Positions 8,045 to 16,847 of a stretch of 54,973 nucleotides of DNA are shown here, one piece after another (position 1 is the first letter of the stretch; each line of letters starts with the position of its first letter). This DNA comes from Planctomycetota bacterium (GTDB lineage: Bacteria > Planctomycetota > PLA2 > JAEUHO01): the NCBI GenBank assembly GCA_050248855.1, contig JBFWRP010000031.1, positions 1 through 54,973 on the forward strand, in the 5' to 3' direction. Below the pieces are notes generated by a model. It saw only the letters and a list, made by a program, of their open reading frames with translations, searched no databases and had not been told where the DNA came from. Both the position numbers and the translations under genes were made by a program.

Positions 8045-9931
8045 GTGCGCCGCGGCTTCGCCCACCTCGAGATCCTCGGCCCCCGTGCCAGCGCCGAGCA
8101 CTGGCTGCTGGCCGTGCAAGAGGCGGGCGTGGCCCATGTCGCCGACGCGCTCCACGGCTTGGAGGGGCGGCCCGGCATCGGTCGCCCGGCTCCCACCGAG
8201 TGGGAGCGTCAGGGCGCCGCCGAGCGGGCCGAGGCGCTGCGTAGCCTGCGGGCGCTCGAGCGCGTGTTGCCACCGTCGCGAGCCGCCGAGGCGGCCGCGC
8301 GTCCGACGTGGGTGGTCGGCTTCGACGGCGGCGACGCCCCGGAGGCCGTCGCCGCCTTGACCGCCGAGGCCCGCGAGCTGGCGGCCCGCCTTGGCGAACG
8401 CCTCGTCGTGCTCGAGGCGGCGGGCGCGCTCGCCGACCGCGCCGAAGCGCGTCGTGCCGCCTTGGCCCTGTTGGCGTCGGGCAACGAGGAGCGTGCCGCC
8501 GGCGTGGTGCTGCACGTGCCCGAGGGCGGTCCGCGGGGGCGACGTCTTCTTCGCGCCTTGCAGCGCGGCGGAGCGGGCGCCCGGATGGCATCGGCCAAGC
8601 GGGGCGCCGTGGTGCACGTAGCCGGAAGCGGTCCGGACCTCGACACGCCGACCGCTGCCGTCGTCGGCATCGCCGAGGCGCACGGCGCCGAGGTCGTTCC
8701 GTGGCCCGGCCCCTGGGCCGGGCGGCGCGCGGACCTGTTGACCAGCGAGGCGCAGGCGGCCGTCGCGGCGGCGGAAGCGGAAGAGGCCGAGGCCCGCGCC
8801 GCGCTGGCCCAGGAGGTCGCCGACGGTGGCGGGCGCGCCCGGCTGTTGCTCGACGGGCTCGAAGACGCGGAGGCGCGCGATGCGGTCATGGGCCGCCTCG
8901 CCGCGACCGAGCACGTGGCGGCGCTACGCGTCTTCGTCCCCGCCGGGGAGGAGCCGCGCCTGCGCGAGGCGCTACGCCGACGCCACGGCAACGACCTCGT
9001 CGTGCGCCGCCTCGGCGCGTCCGACGACGCGCCATCGCACGCCCGTCGTCTCGCCATGCGCCCCTTCGAGGCGCTTGCGGGCTGGCGCCCGTCGCGGCTG
9101 GGCAGCCTGCCGCTCCCGGTCTTGCTGGCCCCGGTGCTGCCCGTCGTCTTGGCTTTCGCGTGGGGAGATCTGGGGCTCGGCCTGGTCTTCCTGGGCGTCG
9201 GCGCGTTGCTGGGGATCGGCGCCCAGGCGCACTCGCCGCGGCGCGACACCGCGCTGCTCGCGCAGGTGACGGGGATCGCGGGCCTCGCCGGCGGGATCTT
9301 CCTCGAGGCCGCCTTCGGCGCCGCGGGCGAGCGCGCGTTCGGCACGGGCTGGGGCCTGCTGCGGGGGCTGGTGCCCGACGCCGCGCTCGGGACCGCGGCC
9401 GCCCCCTGGCGAGCCTTGCTGGCCGTCGTCCTCGTCCTTGCGGCCGCAGCCGTCGTGGCCGCCTTGGCCGCCACCCGCGCCGCTTGGCGCGGCGTGCCCG
9501 GTCGCGGACGGGCGCCGGCGCTGACGGCGCTGACGGCTGTGACGGGTGCGGGCTTGGCGCTCGGCTTCGTGCCGGGAGGCTCGCCCTGGGTCGGGATCCT
9601 GCTCGCGCTGGCGGCCGCGGCGGTCGTGCTGTCGACGCAGGGCGTTGGCGCGCTGTTCGAGCGCACGGGACTCGACCTCGTCGGCGTGGTGCGTCTCGTC
9701 GCCGTGGGCGCACTTGGCCTCGCGGGCATGTCCGCCTTGCTCGTGCCGCTGGGCGGCGCCATGGTCCTGATGGCCTTGGTGGGCTTGCCGTTCTTGGCGC
9801 TCGCCGTGGTGGCCGATGCCGGCTACGCGGCGCTCGGCGTCCCCCATGACCTGGCGCTCGGCGGCCAGCGGTTCGCCCACGCCTACGTGCCCTTCGCACG
9901 TCGCCGCGTCCCGACCGAGGAGGCGCCGTGA
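8045..9931 (+). CDS. V/A-type ATPase subunit I (a)-like protein, divergent, 628 aa
   Basis: N-terminal HLEILGPR..AEHWLLAVQEAGVAHV; ATEHVAALRVFVP (GWVP box); RPFEAL; LPVVLAFAWGDLGLGL (FGMMFGDxGYG box); GIFLEAAFG; GVVRLVAVG (SYxRLxAL Arg helix); C-terminal YVPF. Confidence 0.75.
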   Translation: MRRGFAHLEILGPRASAEHWLLAVQEAGVAHVADALHGLEGRPGIGRPAPTEWERQGAAERAEALRSLRALERVLPPSRAAEAAARPTWVVGFDGGDAPEAVAALTAEARELAARLGERLVVLEAAGALADRAEARRAALALLASGNEERAAGVVLHVPEGGPRGRRLLRALQRGGAGARMASAKRGAVVHVAGSGPDLDTPTAAVVGIAEAHGAEVVPWPGPWAGRRADLLTSEAQAAVAAAEAEEAEARAALAQEVADGGGRARLLLDGLEDAEARDAVMGRLAATEHVAALRVFVPAGEEPRLREALRRRHGNDLVVRRLGASDDAPSHARRLAMRPFEALAGWRPSRLGSLPLPVLLAPVLPVVLAFAWGDLGLGLVFLGVGALLGIGAQAHSPRRDTALLAQVTGIAGLAGGIFLEAAFGAAGERAFGTGWGLLRGLVPDAALGTAAAPWRALLAVVLVLAAAAVVAALAATRAAWRGVPGRGRAPALTALTAVTGAGLALGFVPGGSPWVGILLALAAAAVVLSTQGVGALFERTGLDLVGVVRLVAVGALGLAGMSALLVPLGGAMVLMALVGLPFLALAVVADAGYAALGVPHDLALGGQRFAHAYVPFARRRVPTEEAP

Positions 9932-10608
9932 GCGCCCCCCACGAAGCGCCTGCAGCGCAGGGGGCGGGGGGCCCCCACGGCGACGAGGCCGCGACCGCCC
10001 TGGCGCGGCTGGCGTCGTTGGTCGTGGAAGACGCCGCCCGCCGCGCGCGCCGCGAGACCCATCGTGCGCTCGCCGAGGCGCGTCAGCTGGTGACCGACGC
10101 CGAGGACCACGTCGAGGCGCTGCGACGCGCCGCCAAGGCCCTGGGGCGCACGCGCGGCTCGGCGGCCGAGGCGGCGCTCCAGCGCGAAGCCGAGCGCGAA
10201 GTCGAGGGCGTCCTCGCCAGCGCCCGCCAGGCCTTTGCCGAGCGCTTCCACCGTCGGCTGGCGCTGGCGCTGGAGGAGCGCTTGCGGGACGACCAGCAGC
10301 AGCGCACCGCCTTCGCCCTGTACGCGCGGCGCGCGGCGGCCTCCATCACGGGGCCCGTCGAGATCCGCACGTTGGCGGCGCGTCGGGAAGCCGTCTACGA
10401 CGCCTTCCTCGCGGCGGGCGTGGAGGACTTCCAGGTCGTCGGCGATCCGCGCATCCACGCGGGCTTCGTCGTGCGGGACCTGGACGGTCGCACGGTGTTC
10501 GACGCGCGGCCCGCGGCGATCGTGGAGGCGCACGCCGACGCCATCGCCGGCTGGCTCGACGAGGCGCTCGAGCCCTTCGAGCTCTCCCCGCCGGACGGCG
10601 GGGCGTGA
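9928..10608 (+). CDS. V/A-type ATPase subunit E-like protein, 226 aa
   Basis: N-terminal coiled coil and C-terminal IHAGFVVRDLDGRTVFDARPAAIVE, matching the subunit E GGxxxxxxDGRIxxDN motif. GTGA overlap with the preceding gene. Confidence 0.7.
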   Translation: MSAPHEAPAAQGAGGPHGDEAATALARLASLVVEDAARRARRETHRALAEARQLVTDAEDHVEALRRAAKALGRTRGSAAEAALQREAEREVEGVLASARQAFAERFHRRLALALEERLRDDQQQRTAFALYARRAAASITGPVEIRTLAARREAVYDAFLAAGVEDFQVVGDPRIHAGFVVRDLDGRTVFDARPAAIVEAHADAIAGWLDEALEPFELSPPDGGA

Positions 10609-11675
10609 GCGCCTTGGCGGGGCAGCGCGCGCGGCGTCTGGGTCGTGGTGAGCGGCTCCTCGGGCACGCGCTCGTCCTGGCCGCGGTCGTCGGCGCCGTC
10701 CTCGTGGCCACGCGACCTGCGGTGCGCGCCGCGGCGTCGCGCATCGCCGGCGAAGCGGTTGGCGCGGTTCGGCCCGTTGGCGATGACGACGTGCGCTACG
10801 AGGTCTCCACGATCGAGGGCGTGCGTCGCGGTGCGCCGGTTTACGTCGCGGACGCCGAAGGCGTCGCGGACGTCGTCGGCCACGTGGTGGCCCTCGACGA
10901 CGCAGCCACGCCTGCCGTCCGTGTCCGCGTCGCCGCGGGGCGCCGCCTGCCGGCGGCGCACCGCCTGACGGTGCATCCGCCGCGCCGCTCGCTGCGCGAC
11001 GCCGTGGCCCTCGCCGTACCCGAACCGCAAGCGCGCGCCTTCGCCGACCAGATCGCGACGCGCGCGCTCGCGCTCTGGACCGACGAGGTCGAGCCCGAGC
11101 TGGAGCGACGGCTGCCGGCATTCCTCGCGCGCATCGACCCCAGCGCGGACACCGAGGCGCGTCGCGTGGCCGACGCGCTGGGCACGGAGCTCGTCGCGCG
11201 CCTCGAGCCCTTGGCCGACGAGCTGGCGGCGCACGTGACGCGCGAGGTCGAGAGGAAGTTCGACCTGCTGGACCGCCTGGGCCTGCTCTGGAAGATGGTG
11301 CGCGGGGATGGCCAAGGACTGCGCCGCGAGCTCGTGCCGGTCGCCAAGAAGGCTGCAGGCCAGTGGTGGGTCGTCAACAAGGACCGCGTCCTGGCGGCGG
11401 TGGGGGAGGGCCTGCGCCAGCAGCTCCCCGTGATCCGCGCCTGGGTCGAGGGTGAGCTCCTGGACGCGGCGCTCGACGAGCTCGTGACGCCGCTCTGGCT
11501 CGCGCAGCGCCCACGGCTCGAGGCCGAGGCCGAGGCCTTGCTCCGGGTGGCCGCCTCCACCATCGTCGAGTCGCCGGCAGGCGGGTTCCGCGTGCGGTTC
11601 GCAACCGCCATGCGCCACGTCCTGCTGGGCAAGCGCACGGCCCTGCTGCTCCTCGAGCCCATCGAGGGTCCGTGA
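10605..11675 (+). CDS. MCE/MlaD-like membrane-anchored protein with helical extension, 356 aa
   Basis: N-terminal TM helix, then STIEGVRRGAPVYV..GVADVVGHVVAL (MCE-type motif) and a long helical C-terminus. GTGA overlaps on both sides. Confidence 0.55.
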   Translation: MSALAGQRARRLGRGERLLGHALVLAAVVGAVLVATRPAVRAAASRIAGEAVGAVRPVGDDDVRYEVSTIEGVRRGAPVYVADAEGVADVVGHVVALDDAATPAVRVRVAAGRRLPAAHRLTVHPPRRSLRDAVALAVPEPQARAFADQIATRALALWTDEVEPELERRLPAFLARIDPSADTEARRVADALGTELVARLEPLADELAAHVTREVERKFDLLDRLGLLWKMVRGDGQGLRRELVPVAKKAAGQWWVVNKDRVLAAVGEGLRQQLPVIRAWVEGELLDAALDELVTPLWLAQRPRLEAEAEALLRVAASTIVESPAGGFRVRFATAMRHVLLGKRTALLLLEPIEGP

Positions 11676-13213
11676 CGGACGCGCTCCTCGTTGCCCGCGA
11701 CCTCGCCGTGAGCAGCGACGGTCACGTGTTGCTGCAGCCGTCGAGCTTCGAGGTGCAGCGCGGCGAGCGCGTGCTGCTCGTGGGCCCATCGGGCGCGGGC
11801 AAGTCGCTGCTGCTCGACCTGCTGCTCGGCTTCGCGCGGCCCGGCCACGAGGGCCTCCACGTCGAGGGGGAGCTGACGCTGGACGGGCGGCCGCTTGTCG
11901 GCCTGCCGCCCGAGGCGCACGACGGCACGGTGGGCGCCGTGTTCCAGCTGCACGCCCTGGGCCTCCTTGATGACCTGACGCTCGCGCAGAACCTGGCCTT
12001 CGGTCGCGGCTCGCCGGAGGCCGTGCACGACCTCGTGACGCGCCTGCGCCTGGAGCGCCTCGAACGGCCCGTGCCCGCGGCGTCGGGCGGCGAGCGCATG
12101 CGCGTGGCCATGGCCCGCACGTTGCTGCGCGGCGGACGCGTCCTGGTGTACGACGAGCCCACCACGGGTCTGGACCCGGCCGCCGTGACGCAAGTCGTCG
12201 CGGCGCTCGCCGCCGCGCACGACCAGGCGAGCCTCGTGGTCACGCACGATCCGGTCGCCTTCGAGGGCTGGGCGGACGCCGTGCTCGTGATCGATCCCGT
12301 CGAGCGCCGCATCGCGCGCCACGACGCGAGCCCGGCGACGTTCGCCTGGCTGGCCCAGCGCTTGACGGCGGCGGTCGAGCCCCGCGTCCCGAGCGGCGCG
12401 ACACGTCGTCGCTGGCGGCCGCGCGACCTGGTGGCGGCGTGGGATCGGCTGGCCACGCGGGTCGGCGGAACGGCCGTCGACGTCCTGCGCCTGGTGGGGG
12501 TGCCGCTGGCCCTCCTGCGCATCGCGCATCCGCTCGACGGCCCGCGGCTGCGCCGGGTGCTGCGCCGCGACCTGGCGCCGGGCGTGTTCGTGTTCACGGG
12601 CTTGAGCGCGGCGCTCGTGGCGGTGACGGCCACGTACTTCCTCTTCGAGCGCTTGCCCAAGCGCGAGTGGACGGCGCCGCTGGTGCAGGACGATCTCGTG
12701 GCGGGGCTCGGTCTCGTGGCCACGCGCGTCGGCATCCCGCTCATGACGAGCATCTTGCTGGCCGCCAAGCTCGGGGCGGCGGCCGCGGCGCACCTCGGCC
12801 ACATGAGCCTGACGCGCCAGATCGACGCCCTGCGTCTGCTGGCCATCGACCCGCGACGCCACCTGCTGTTGCCCACGGCCGTCGGCCAGCTGCTGGCGGC
12901 GTTCCTGGCCACGGCGCTTGGCTGGGTGCTCTCGGCGCTCGCCGCGCTGCTCGTCTTCCTCGCCATGCATCCGGGCTGGTCCGTGCACTGGTTCCTGGAC
13001 GCCTACGTGCGCGAAGTGCCGGGCGAGGCGATCGCGTGGGCCGCCGCCAAGGTGGGGGTGAGCGCACTCGGCGTGGCGGTCGTGGCGTGGCGCGTCGGCA
13101 GTGCGCCCAAGCGCCGGCCCGAGCAGGTGATCCATGGCGTGCACGCCACCCTGCTCCACGCCCTGCTCCTGGTCGTGACGATCCACGCCCTTGTCGCCTT
13201 CCTCGAGCTGTGA
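11672..13213 (+). CDS. ABC ATPase fused to MlaE-family permease, 513 aa
   Basis: GPSGAGKS, ASGGERMR, VYDEPTTGLD, VVTHD. The C-terminal IPLMTSILLAAKLGAAAAAHLGHMSLTRQIDALRLLAIDPRRHLLLP matches the MlaE signature. Confidence 0.85.
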   Translation: MTDALLVARDLAVSSDGHVLLQPSSFEVQRGERVLLVGPSGAGKSLLLDLLLGFARPGHEGLHVEGELTLDGRPLVGLPPEAHDGTVGAVFQLHALGLLDDLTLAQNLAFGRGSPEAVHDLVTRLRLERLERPVPAASGGERMRVAMARTLLRGGRVLVYDEPTTGLDPAAVTQVVAALAAAHDQASLVVTHDPVAFEGWADAVLVIDPVERRIARHDASPATFAWLAQRLTAAVEPRVPSGATRRRWRPRDLVAAWDRLATRVGGTAVDVLRLVGVPLALLRIAHPLDGPRLRRVLRRDLAPGVFVFTGLSAALVAVTATYFLFERLPKREWTAPLVQDDLVAGLGLVATRVGIPLMTSILLAAKLGAAAAAHLGHMSLTRQIDALRLLAIDPRRHLLLPTAVGQLLAAFLATALGWVLSALAALLVFLAMHPGWSVHWFLDAYVREVPGEAIAWAAAKVGVSALGVAVVAWRVGSAPKRRPEQVIHGVHATLLHALLLVVTIHALVAFLEL

Positions 13214-13941
13214 GCGGCGCCCTCGTGTCGATGCGGCCCGCCCTGTTGGCGCTCGTTGCGGTCCTCTTGGCGGCGGGCCTCTTCGTCTCCCTGCGGGCCG
13301 CGGGCCTGCCCTACCAGGACGGTGCGGCGCCGCCGGGCGCGCCCGTGCGCGAGCACGTCCCGCTGCGCGAGCTCGCCCACGCGGCGCGCGCGGCGGGCGC
13401 GGACGGCGGTGTCGAGCCGCTCTGGGCGGCGCGGCTCTGGTACCCCTACGCGCTGGCGCCGCTCTGGGCCCTCGCGCTGCTGCTCGGCGGCGCGGCGCGG
13501 ACGCGGCGACGCCAGTTCGCCGGGGGCCTGCTCGTCCTCGTGACCTTGGCCATCGTGCCGTTGGAGGCCGCCTACCTCGCGACGGACTACGTCGCCTTCT
13601 TGCCCGCGCCCTTCGGCGACGCCGAGGCGGCCGTGGTCTTCGTGGTGGTGCTCTTCGTCCTGCTGGCGCGCCGCCCGCGCGACCGCCACGTCGAGGCCGT
13701 GGAGGGGCATGTCGCAGCGCAGGCGCTCCTGGCGTTCCTGCACATGCTGACCGTGCCCGGCACCTTCGCCCGCCGCTGGATGGAGGACGGCGCGGACCTG
13801 CGTACGGCGACCGCCCGCCTGCTCGAGGCGTTTCCGCTGCCGTTCACCGTGGCCACGGCGGCGTTCCTGGGCATCGCCCTCGTGGCCTGCCTCGGCCCGC
13901 GACCCCGTTCCGGGGCTATGGGCGTGCCAGACCGAGGATGA
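13210..13941 (+). CDS. Integral membrane hypothetical protein, about 240 aa
   Basis: About 5-6 hydrophobic segments. GTG start overlaps the previous stop (alternative ATG at 13231). Confidence 0.65.
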   Translation: MSGALVSMRPALLALVAVLLAAGLFVSLRAAGLPYQDGAAPPGAPVREHVPLRELAHAARAAGADGGVEPLWAARLWYPYALAPLWALALLLGGAARTRRRQFAGGLLVLVTLAIVPLEAAYLATDYVAFLPAPFGDAEAAVVFVVVLFVLLARRPRDRHVEAVEGHVAAQALLAFLHMLTVPGTFARRWMEDGADLRTATARLLEAFPLPFTVATAAFLGIALVACLGPRPRSGAMGVPDRG

Positions 13942-16255
13942 GGTCCGCGATGTCGCCGTCGCCGTTCAGATCGCGGCCTTCGGCCAGCTCGTCGCGCAGG
14001 AACGCCCAGAGGGTGCCGTCGTCCGTCGCGGGCACCGAGCGCGAGTTGCTCAAGAGCCCGGGCAGCACCACGGCGCCCGTCGCGTTGAACGCGCGGAACA
14101 CGAAGTCCGTCGCCTGCCCGTTGCCGTCGTAGTCCTCGCCCGTCAGCGACTCGTTGGCCGTCACGCCGATCAGGTTGGCGCGCACGGCGGCGTGGTCACC
14201 GCCCGCATCGAGGAAGACGGGGGTCGACGGCGTCGCGAAGGGGATGAACGCGAACAGGGTCTCCGTGCCGTTCCCGTCGTTGTCGAGGTCGCCGCCGTTG
14301 AGCGCCTCCAGGACGCGCACGACCATGCCGCTCGCATCGCCCACGCCGGTCACGGGAATCGTCGAGCTGGCCGTGGCCCGCAGCTGCGGGTTGTGCACGA
14401 CGGGGGCCACGCCAGCGTTGCCTTCCAGGATCAACAGGGCATCGTCGACGATGCCGTTGCCGTTGATGTCGACGTTGCCGTTGGCGCCTTCGACCACCTG
14501 CAGCGCGAACCAGCCGGGGGCGATCTCGGCGATCGCGCCGCCGTCGAGCGCCAGGCTGACCAGCCCGCCCATGTTCGTGCCTCCCGCCACGTTGACGGGC
14601 AGCGTGATGGCTCCGGGGCCGGCGAACGCGTCCGTCCAGCAGAGGATCTCGAGATCCGCTCCGCCGTCGCCGTCGTTGTTGGTGCCCGGCGTGCCTTCCA
14701 TGCGCCCCTGTTCCTGCAACGTGAACAGCAGGCGGTTGCTCGAGAAGTGGAGCGTCTTGAGGGCGGCCCCGGGCGTGTTGGCGCCTGCGCTCGCCGGCGG
14801 CAGGAGGTACTCCATCTGCGCCGTGCTGTCGTAGGTCGCCAGCGCGAACCCGCCTGCCAAGGCGTCGCCGTTGAGGTCCCCGCCGGCGTAGGAAGCCTCG
14901 TTGATCACATACGCGATCCAGCCCGGGGAGGTCACGGCCAGACGGGCCGTGGGATCCACGTCTCGTCCGGCGAACAGCGGGGCCGTCGCCCCCCCGACGC
15001 CGATGATGGTGGCCGTCCCGCCTCCCGGCAGGCCACCGCCGGCCGACAGGGTCGTCATCATGGGCACGTTGTCGGCGGCGTCCGCATCGCCCGTGTAGTC
15101 CTGCCCACCCGTGCCCGCTTCGGACGCCAGCGCCGCCAGCACGCCGTTGTCCGTGCTGATGGCGACGAAGGCGCCGGCTTGCGCAACGCGCAGGAAGACC
15201 AGGGCGGAGTCCGTGGACGAGGCGATGGACGGGTCCAGGTAGCCGAACACCTGGTCCGCGGCGTCCACGTCCGCCGGGACCCCACCGATCGTGCGGTTCG
15301 TGCCGCCGGGGCCTTGGGCGAGCTCGGAGAAGAGGGCCAGGACGCGGCCTCCGCGCACGTCGAGCAGGGTGGCCACGCCGCCTACGGTGTTGCGCGTGGG
15401 GAGCGCTTGGAGCACCGGCCACACGGCAAGGTTGCGGTCGATCAAGACTCCGTCCCCGTCGAGGTCCCCACCCTCGTCCGCTTCCATGTGGGTCCAGGCC
15501 ACGATGCCGGTCGTCGCCTCGCTCGGGAGCACGACGGCGGTGTCGCCGGCGAACGACGTCTTCTCCACCGTCACGGCGCCCTGCGTGATCGAGAGCGCCG
15601 CGGCATGGACGCGGGCCATGACCGCATCGCCATCGGCGCCGTCGCCGTTGAAGGCTTGGCCACCGTCGTGCGCCTCGCTGCGCGAGAACCAGACGAGGGG
15701 GCCGAGGACCGCGTAGCGGTTGGAGCCCGTGCCCGGGGCCAGCCCGGCCAGGGCGGGGTAGACGGAGATCGGCGTCGCATACGTGTCCGTCGTCGGCGGG
15801 TTGACGCCGTCGTCGACGACGAGCAGGAGGCTGTAGGCGCCTACCGGCGTTCCGGGCGGGATCGCGACGACAGGGCTCAGCTGGCTGCCGCCGGCGTGGC
15901 CCTGGGGGCCGAAGAGCACGACCTGATCACCCGTCGTGGCCAAGTTGGCGTCGCCGTCTAGCAGGAGACGCACGCTCGCGTTGCCGTCGTCGTCCGCCGT
16001 GAAGGTGACGGTGAGCTCGTCCCCGGTCAGCACGAACAGGCTGCCGGTAACGGCGTCGATGGACCCGGTCGGAGCGGCGGGCCCGCCCCCTCCACCGCCA
16101 CCTCCGCCGCCGCCACAGGCCGTGGCCAGCAGCGCCAGGAGGCACGCCAGGCGACGAGGCGCCCGCCGCGGGCGAGTCCCTGGGGAAGCCGCCTCACGCG
16201 CGCGTGCGCCGTCGTGGAGGCAGGGGGAGGGCAGCGAGGCGAGGGGGGCGGTCAT
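13916..16255 (-). CDS. Lipoprotein with about 10 D-x-N/D-G-D-G Ca2+-binding-type repeats (probable beta-propeller)
   Basis: Lipobox LLATA-C followed by poly-Gly, an Ig-like N-terminal domain and recurring E..(G)DLNGDG..D motifs. Confidence 0.75.
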   Translation of the reverse strand: MTAPLASLPSPCLHDGARAREAASPGTRPRRAPRRLACLLALLATACGGGGGGGGGGGPAAPTGSIDAVTGSLFVLTGDELTVTFTADDDGNASVRLLLDGDANLATTGDQVVLFGPQGHAGGSQLSPVVAIPPGTPVGAYSLLLVVDDGVNPPTTDTYATPISVYPALAGLAPGTGSNRYAVLGPLVWFSRSEAHDGGQAFNGDGADGDAVMARVHAAALSITQGAVTVEKTSFAGDTAVVLPSEATTGIVAWTHMEADEGGDLDGDGVLIDRNLAVWPVLQALPTRNTVGGVATLLDVRGGRVLALFSELAQGPGGTNRTIGGVPADVDAADQVFGYLDPSIASSTDSALVFLRVAQAGAFVAISTDNGVLAALASEAGTGGQDYTGDADAADNVPMMTTLSAGGGLPGGGTATIIGVGGATAPLFAGRDVDPTARLAVTSPGWIAYVINEASYAGGDLNGDALAGGFALATYDSTAQMEYLLPPASAGANTPGAALKTLHFSSNRLLFTLQEQGRMEGTPGTNNDGDGGADLEILCWTDAFAGPGAITLPVNVAGGTNMGGLVSLALDGGAIAEIAPGWFALQVVEGANGNVDINGNGIVDDALLILEGNAGVAPVVHNPQLRATASSTIPVTGVGDASGMVVRVLEALNGGDLDNDGNGTETLFAFIPFATPSTPVFLDAGGDHAAVRANLIGVTANESLTGEDYDGNGQATDFVFRAFNATGAVVLPGLLSNSRSVPATDDGTLWAFLRDELAEGRDLNGDGDIADLILGLARP

Positions 16256-16672
16256 GTATCGGCTCCGAGGGCGTCCCGTGCCCCCCCGGCAGCGCCCCGT
16301 GGTCTTGGGGAGGTCCAAGCTCCGCGCGTGCGCTCCGGATCGGCCGCCAGCACGGGTCAAGGACCCAAGACCCCCCAAGATACGCCCGTCGCGCCCCAGG
16401 CGGACACGTCCCCTGGTTCGGGGCGGCGCCCGCCTCACTTGAGGGCGTCCCCTGAGTGCGCCCTGCCGCTGTCGGCTTCCTCCCGGCGACCTCCCGTTCC
16501 CCTGGCTTGGGCCGCGCCCGCACGCCATCGGGTGGCTGGGGCGACGGCAGCGTGCCGCGATCGGCGACGACTCGTAGCGCGGCTACTCGAGGAGCCGATC
16601 GCGGTGCGCGGCCGAGCATCCAGCGGGCGGCACCACGGCCGAGGCCAGAACCCCCCGAGTCCCGAACAGAGA

Positions 16673-16701
16673 GGCAGGCCGCCCTGGGGGGGCGGCCTGC
16701 C
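16673..16701. terminator. Perfect 12-bp hairpin (terminator-like or RNA-stabilising)
   Basis: GGCAGGCCGCCC-TGGGG-GGGCGGCCTGCC, about 150 bp downstream of the vWA lipoprotein gene. No clear U-tract. Confidence 0.4.
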
Positions 16702-16847
16702 AGCGCACCTTGCGGTGCCGTATCCGTCATGCGGCGCGCCCGAAGGCGTGGGCACGTCGCGGAGGGAGGAGGATCGAAGACACCCCGTCGTCTCGGCCGG
16801 TCAAGGACCCAGGCGCCGGGAAACCATTCCCTGGGAGGATACGGCGA

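Noticed and set aside
9928..10608. FliH/type III secretion stator protein
   Set aside because: FliH is homologous to subunit E, but adjacency to subunit I- and G-like genes and the absence of T3SS genes favour a V-ATPase origin.
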